Positions 9,758 to 14,274 of a DNA stretch of 14,274 bases are shown here, piece by piece. The DNA lies in the NCBI GenBank assembly GCA_044070495.1, contig JBIPSI010000058.1:1-14274 (forward strand), in the 5' to 3' direction. This DNA is from Spirulina sp. (GTDB lineage: Bacteria; Cyanobacteriota; Cyanobacteriia; Phormidesmidales; Phormidesmidaceae). How positions within the stretch are numbered: position 1 is the first letter of the stretch; each line of letters opens with the position of its first letter. Below the pieces are notes generated by a model that ran no database searches, was not told the DNA's origin, and saw only the letters and a list, made by a program, of their open reading frames with translations. A program made the position numbers and the translations under genes.

Positions 9758-10975
9758 ATGGGTGCACAGACCGTGGCAGCGGCTTCCCCCCAGCAGATTT
9801 TCATTAGCACCGGGGAAGTTTCCGGCGACCTCCAGGGTTCCCTCCTCGCCGAGGCCCTACACCAGGAGGCCGCAGATCGTGGTATCTCCCTAGAACTGAG
9901 CGGTTTAGGGGGCCCGCGCATGGCTCAAGCTGGCGTGTCACTGGTGGGAGATACCACCAGTATTGGTTCCGTCGGTATTTTTGAGGCCCTGCCCTACCTG
10001 TTGCCCACCCTGCGGCTGCAACGGCAGGCAAAGCAGGCGCTCCTGGCCCAGCCCCCCAATGCGGTGGTGCTGCTCGACTACATGAACCCCAACCTGGTGA
10101 TGGGGCAGTTTCTCCGGGAAACCCTGCCCCAGGTGCCAATTACCTACTACATTGCGCCCCAGCAGTGGGTGTGGGCCTTCTCCGAAAAGGACACCCGCAA
10201 GCTGGTGGAGTATAGCGATCAAATGCTGGCCATTTTTCAGACCGAGGCGGAATACTACCAGCGTTTTGGGGCCCAGGTCGATTGGGTGGGGCATCCCCTC
10301 GTGGATCGCTATCCCACCCCGCCGGATCAGGGGGAGGCTCGTCAACGCCTAGGCCTCACCCCCGATCAGACGGTGATTACCCTATTGCCCGCCTCCCGTC
10401 GCCAGGAGGTGAAGTACTTGCTGCCCACCCTGATTCAGGCGGCCCAAATTATCCAGAAACAATGTCCCGATGCCCTGTTCTTGCTGCCGGTCTCGGCGAC
10501 GGAACTGCAACCCCGCTTTGAGCAGGTTCTAGCCCAGGCAGGGCTGCGAGGTCGCCTGATTACCCCCACCGCCGAGTATCAGCCCACCGATGCCATTGCT
10601 GCCGCCGATGTGGCCATCGCTAAATCCGGTACGGCCAACCTGGAAATTGCCCTGATGAATGTGCCCCAGGTGGTGGCCTACCGCCTAAATCCCATCAGCG
10701 CCCGCATTGCCTACTATGTGCTTAATTTCAAGGTGCCCTACGTGTCGCCCGTGAACCTGGCGGTTAACCAACGGATTGTGCCGGAATTTTTGCAGTGGGA
10801 GGCCACCCCCGCCGCCCTAGCGGCTACGACGATGGATTTGCTGCAAAACCAAGACAGCCGCAAGACCATGCTGGCGGGCTATGCCACCCTGCGCCAAACC
10901 CTGGGAGAACCGGGAGCCTGTCGGCGGGCAGCGACCAGGATTTTGGATCAGATGACCGCGTCAAAGCATGAATAG
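9758..10975 (+). CDS. lpxB: Lipid-A-disaccharide synthase
   Basis: IFISTGEVSGD, YYIAPQQWVW, WVGHPLVD, LLPASRRQE, KSGTANLEIAL and IVPEFLQ motifs; starts 1 nt after the lpxA stop. Confidence 0.97.
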   Translation: MGAQTVAAASPQQIFISTGEVSGDLQGSLLAEALHQEAADRGISLELSGLGGPRMAQAGVSLVGDTTSIGSVGIFEALPYLLPTLRLQRQAKQALLAQPPNAVVLLDYMNPNLVMGQFLRETLPQVPITYYIAPQQWVWAFSEKDTRKLVEYSDQMLAIFQTEAEYYQRFGAQVDWVGHPLVDRYPTPPDQGEARQRLGLTPDQTVITLLPASRRQEVKYLLPTLIQAAQIIQKQCPDALFLLPVSATELQPRFEQVLAQAGLRGRLITPTAEYQPTDAIAAADVAIAKSGTANLEIALMNVPQVVAYRLNPISARIAYYVLNFKVPYVSPVNLAVNQRIVPEFLQWEATPAALAATTMDLLQNQDSRKTMLAGYATLRQTLGEPGACRRAATRILDQMTASKHE

Positions 10976-11082
10976 ACCAGGTTGTAGCCATGTTGAAACG
11001 CCCCCATCTTCACTACAATTGGTATGCCTTCTCACAGTTTCGATAGGGAAGGCCGTAGACACCGTGGTGAGAGGAGAATTGT

Positions 11083-11802
11083 GTGAGTATACCGGAGCTA
11101 TTTGAACGGGGCGGCATTGCCATGTGGCCGCTGCTGCTGCTGTCGATTCTGGCGGTGGGCACGATTCTAGAACGCATTTGGTTTTGGTCTCGCATTCTCA
11201 CCCGAGAACGGGAGGTGTCGGGACGGGTGATCGAGGCGGCGCGGCGCGATTGGTCGGCGGCCTCAGACATTGCCCAACGATCTAGCTCCCTGCCCATGGG
11301 TCGGTTTTTATCCTCGGCCCTGAAGCTACAATCCCCCGACCCAGAGGTGTTTCGGCTGGCCCTAGAGACCGCCGCCAACGAAGAACTGGCAATCATGGGC
11401 AAGGGCGACAAGGTACTCGAGGCGGTAATTGCCCTCTCGCCCCTGCTGGGTCTCCTAGGAACGGTGCTGGGCTTGATTAATTCCCTCGGATCGATTCAAA
11501 TTAGCGACCTCGGCAGCGGCGACGCCACAGCGGGCACCTCCCTCGGCATCAGCGAAGCCCTAATTAGCACCGCTGCGGGATTGATCATTGCCATCATCAG
11601 CCTGGCCTTTTATCGCCTATTCCAGGGCTTTATTTTTGGGCAAGCCAAAATGTTTCGGCAGGCGGGTAGCGAACTCGAACTGCTCTATCGGCAAGGCTGG
11701 GCCCAGGGAACGATCAGCGCTCTTGCGGCGGCCCCGGCAGCGGCCCCGGCATCATCCACCACGACCCCTGAACCATCCACCTCGGAGGCCGCTACCCCAT
11801 GA
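11083..11802 (+). CDS. MotA/TolQ/ExbB proton channel family protein
   Basis: [36 protein letters not shown] and [13 protein letters not shown] motifs; GAGGAG RBS before GTG. ExbB and TolQ cannot be told apart from sequence alone. Confidence 0.95.
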   Translation: MSIPELFERGGIAMWPLLLLSILAVGTILERIWFWSRILTREREVSGRVIEAARRDWSAASDIAQRSSSLPMGRFLSSALKLQSPDPEVFRLALETAANEELAIMGKGDKVLEAVIALSPLLGLLGTVLGLINSLGSIQISDLGSGDATAGTSLGISEALISTAAGLIIAIISLAFYRLFQGFIFGQAKMFRQAGSELELLYRQGWAQGTISALAAAPAAAPASSTTTPEPSTSEAATP

Positions 11803-12461
11803 AGGTTGATCTATTAGACACCCCTAGGGAGGACGTGCGGCTGGAGATCATTCCGCTCATCGATGTGATCTTCTGTATCCTCACCTTTTTTATCCTGGCA
11901 GCGGTGGGCCTCACCCGCCAGCAAGCCATTGACTTAGACCTGCCCTCGGCCCAAACGGGGCAGCCCTTGCCAGGGCAGGTCGGCCAGGGCGGCTTGAGTG
12001 ATCGCCTCTACGTTAGTGTGGACAATCTGGGCCAGGTGTACCTCGATCAACAGCCTGTTAGCATTGACCTGCTCTACGATGTGCTGTTGCAGTTTAATCA
12101 GGTCAGCCCTGGTGGCCTGATTGTGCTCTACGCCTCCCGCGATGCCCGCTACGAAGATGTGGTGACGGTGTTGGACGTGCTGCGTTCAGTGGGAGGAGAC
12201 CGAGTAGCCCTGGCTACACTACCTAGGGATATCGACCTCAGTGATCCCAATGCCACCACCAATCCCTTTCCGGGCTTGCCCCAGGATTTACCCCAGGACG
12301 ATCCCCTCAATGGATCTCCCGACCTGGGTATTCCTGGTCTAGGTCTGGAGGATGGTCTAGACAGTGACCCTAGCCCCAGTCTGCCCTTCAATCCCTCAGA
12401 GGGGTTGTCGCCTGACTCTGGAGTGCCAACCTCCCCCGCCGATGGCCCTACCTCCAACTAA
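11799..12461 (+). CDS. ExbD/TolR family biopolymer transport protein with an acidic Pro-rich C-terminal tail
   Basis: [21 protein letters not shown] with the conserved Asp, IDLDLPSA, and [22 protein letters not shown] overlap with the upstream gene. Confidence 0.94.
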   Translation: MKVDLLDTPREDVRLEIIPLIDVIFCILTFFILAAVGLTRQQAIDLDLPSAQTGQPLPGQVGQGGLSDRLYVSVDNLGQVYLDQQPVSIDLLYDVLLQFNQVSPGGLIVLYASRDARYEDVVTVLDVLRSVGGDRVALATLPRDIDLSDPNATTNPFPGLPQDLPQDDPLNGSPDLGIPGLGLEDGLDSDPSPSLPFNPSEGLSPDSGVPTSPADGPTSN

Positions 12462-12502
12462 CTCCAGGTAATGTAGTCTCAGACGCCTGAAAAGGTCATG
12501 GT

Positions 12503-12538
12503 AAGGCGATCCTCCCATCTGCCACGGAGATTGCCCTT
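12503..12538. terminator. Possible hairpin between convergent genes
   Basis: AAGGCGATCCTCC (12503-12515) and GGAGATTGCCCTT (12526-12538) form an imperfect stem; no clear U tract. Confidence 0.2.
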
Positions 12539-12573
12539 GGGGCTGCTCTACCTTGGGCTTTCGATCTCGCGGG

Positions 12574-13107
12574 CTAACCGAGCCAGTTCATGCCTCCCAG
12601 GACAAGCAGCAGCACAACCGCAGCGGTCAGCCACCCTACCTTGCCCCGCAGGGCATTGATTTCAGCGGCCTGGCGCTCTAAGAGAGGGGCTTCGATATGG
12701 GGGGGCAGCGCCTCGGGTAGCGGATCGACATCGATGACTTGGGCGGGGTTCTCGTCAGTGTCAATCAGTGGTGGGCCATCAAACCGCAGCAGATTAAACA
12801 ACCATCGGGTGATCAGCCAAGGGCAGTTGCGTCTGAACCAGCGCAGGGCAAACACCCGAAAAACAGGTTTGCTCAGGCGAGCAATACTTTTAAGGGGCCA
12901 CCGCAGGGCTTGGATAGGCACCCGCTGGTCAATTAACCGAACCGACCCTACATCGTACAGACAGTCGAGGATAAACTTGGCGGTGGCCTCCTCCCGCTGG
13001 AACAACGTTTCCAGCCGCTGCATCACCTCGGCCACGCGCTCCATCTCCGCCTGGCTGAGGGACGCCAGGGGCCGTATTGAATAGGGCGGACGATCTTGCC
13101 TAGACAT
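12574..13107 (-). CDS. Conserved cyanobacterial hypothetical protein with a C-terminal membrane anchor
   Basis: 177 aa with natural composition. The core FQREEATAKFILDCLYDVGSV...SKPVFRVFALRWFRRNCPWLI resembles an uncharacterised cyanobacterial family (recalled). It ends in a short coiled coil and the hydrophobic tail WLTAAVVLLLVLGGM. Confidence 0.8.
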   Translation of the reverse strand: MSRQDRPPYSIRPLASLSQAEMERVAEVMQRLETLFQREEATAKFILDCLYDVGSVRLIDQRVPIQALRWPLKSIARLSKPVFRVFALRWFRRNCPWLITRWLFNLLRFDGPPLIDTDENPAQVIDVDPLPEALPPHIEAPLLERQAAEINALRGKVGWLTAAVVLLLVLGGMNWLG

Positions 13108-13225
13108 AGTGGCATCGTAGAGAACGACCTAACCATCTCTGGGAAACAGTCAGGCCCTAAAGGTATCTTCAAGTCTACTGGCTGTGCTCAGATCTCCGCC
13201 GCTATCCTTAGACCTATCTTGGTCA

Positions 13226-13356
13226 GAGGACGTTTGAAAAGGGTTGCCTCAGGTGCGATTGGTCGCTAGATCGGTGCAAATCTACGGGATTTTTGACGAC
13301 TGAGGCTGACCTCATCGATATAACTTGGGACAAGCTTCGGCTTTTCAAACGTCCTC
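13226..13356. mobile_element. MITE, 131 bp, probably IS5-family (IS1031-like) derived
   Basis: Perfect 16-bp TIRs GAGGACGTTTGAAAAG (13226-13241) and CTTTTCAAACGTCCTC (13341-13356), flanked by the direct repeat TCA (13223-13225 and 13357-13359); no transposase. Confidence 0.85.
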
Positions 13357-13573
13357 TCAGAATCTTAATCTGACGAGGGGTTAAGGAGCGTCCTACCAAT
13401 CGTCTAAGCCGCTGGTTCAGCACCCTCAACGATGAGAATCTATGTTCAGAACCTATTTTCAGAACAAGGTCTAATGAGGTTCGCAGCGAAGGGGACTGGG
13501 CCGTTTCAGACCCCACCCTCAGGCGGAGAAATACCCGTCAGACTCGGCATGACAGGGTTTATGAAAAAGAGTG

Positions 13574-13602
13574 TTTACAAATCGTTACAGCTCGGTTAAT
13601 GT
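13574..13602 (+). promoter_or_regulatory. psbA sigma70 promoter with an overlapping HLR1 (RpaB-type) direct repeat
   Basis: -35 TTTACA (13574-13579), 17-bp spacer, -10 TAATGT (13597-13602). TTTACAAA-TC-GTTACAGC (13574-13591) fits the HLR1 pattern KTTACAWW-N2-KTTACAWW with two mismatches at the end. Confidence 0.75.
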
Positions 13603-13669
13603 AGTGACATACATACCTCGCTACCCCTCGCGGGCAGCAAACCTTGTAAACCTGCACTCATTTTTAATC

Positions 13670-14274
13670 ATGACCACGACTCTCCAACGGCAACAATCTG
13701 CCTCCCTGTGGGAGCAGTTCTGTCAGTGGGTAACCAGCACCGAAAACCGCTTGTACATTGGCTGGTTCGGCGTGCTGATGATCCCCACTCTCCTGGCTGC
13801 AACCGCTTGCTACGTCATCGCCTTCGTCGCGGCTCCCCCCGTGGACATCGACGGCATCCGTGAGCCTGTGGCTGGCTCCCTGATGTACGGCAACAACATC
13901 ATCTCCGGTGCGGTTGTTCCTTCTTCTAACGCTATCGGTCTGCACTTCTACCCCATCTGGGAAGCGGCTTCCCTGGATGAGTGGCTGTACAACGGAGGCC
14001 CCTCCCAGTTCGTGATCTACCACTACCTCATTGGCGTCTTCTGCTACATGCGTCGTGAGTGGGAACTGAGCTACCGTCTCGGTATGCGCCCCTGGATCTG
14101 CGTGGCCTACTCCGCTCCTGTGGCTGCTGCCACCGCTGTGTTCCTGATCTACCCCATCGGCCAAGGCTCCTTCTCTGACGGGATGCCCCTGGGGATTTCC
14201 GGTACCTTCAACTTCATGTTGGTGTTCCAAGCTGAGCACAACATTCTGATGCACCCCTTCCACATGCTGGGTGT
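13670..14274 (+). CDS. psbA: Photosystem II reaction centre protein D1, 5' part only (about 201 codons, runs off the window)
   Basis: Manual translation gives [42 protein letters not shown]...[14 protein letters not shown]...[13 protein letters not shown]...[42 protein letters not shown]61, H118, E130, Y161, D170, E189, H190 and H198 are present. It is absent from the ORF track because there is no stop in the window. Confidence 0.99.
   Translation, partial: MTTTLQRQQSASLWEQFCQWVTSTENRLYIGWFGVLMIPTLLAATACYVIAFVAAPPVDIDGIREPVAGSLMYGNNIISGAVVPSSNAIGLHFYPIWEAASLDEWLYNGGPSQFVIYHYLIGVFCYMRREWELSYRLGMRPWICVAYSAPVAAATAVFLIYPIGQGSFSDGMPLGISGTFNFMLVFQAEHNILMHPFHMLG

Noticed and set aside
3804..10975. 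purC-bamA-lpxC-fabZ-lpxA-lpxB as a novel system
   Set aside because: It is a housekeeping arrangement I recall as widely conserved in cyanobacteria.
385..13084. Many short overlapping or antisense ORFs in the track (e.g. 1125-1655, 5817-6209, 9938-10345, 12590-13084)
   Set aside because: They lie within well-supported genes in other frames and are typical by-products of GC-rich coding DNA.
13223..13516. 97-aa minus-strand ORF, considered as a possible transposase remnant
   Set aside because: It runs through the MITE and ends at its target duplication, is S/R/L-rich, and shows no DDE or HTH motif.
13664..14263. 199-aa minus-strand ORF
   Set aside because: Antisense shadow of psbA caused by its biased codon usage; the real gene is on the + strand.

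Overview
Cyanobacterial chromosomal segment (roughly 60% GC by eye, filamentous Leptolyngbya/Nodosilinea-like gene style), mostly core genome. Left to right: a nested palindromic dispersed repeat cut by the window start; a CHASE2-domain membrane Ser/Thr kinase (-); a TetR regulator; purC; an envelope cluster bamA(omp85)-lpxC-fabZ-lpxA-lpxB-exbB/tolQ-exbD/tolR; a conserved hypothetical membrane-anchored protein (-); a 131-bp MITE with 16-bp perfect TIRs and a TCA target duplication; and the 5' part of psbA (D1, missed by the ORF track) with a sigma70 promoter overlapped by an HLR1-type repeat. I see no new multi-gene system. The signals most worth checking are a tight cluster of non-canonical substitutions in D1 helix B (real variant or assembly error), candidate Yfr1 sRNA target sites before bamA and exbB/tolQ, the MITE, and the absence of HIP1/CGATCG alongside an excess of CCTAGG.
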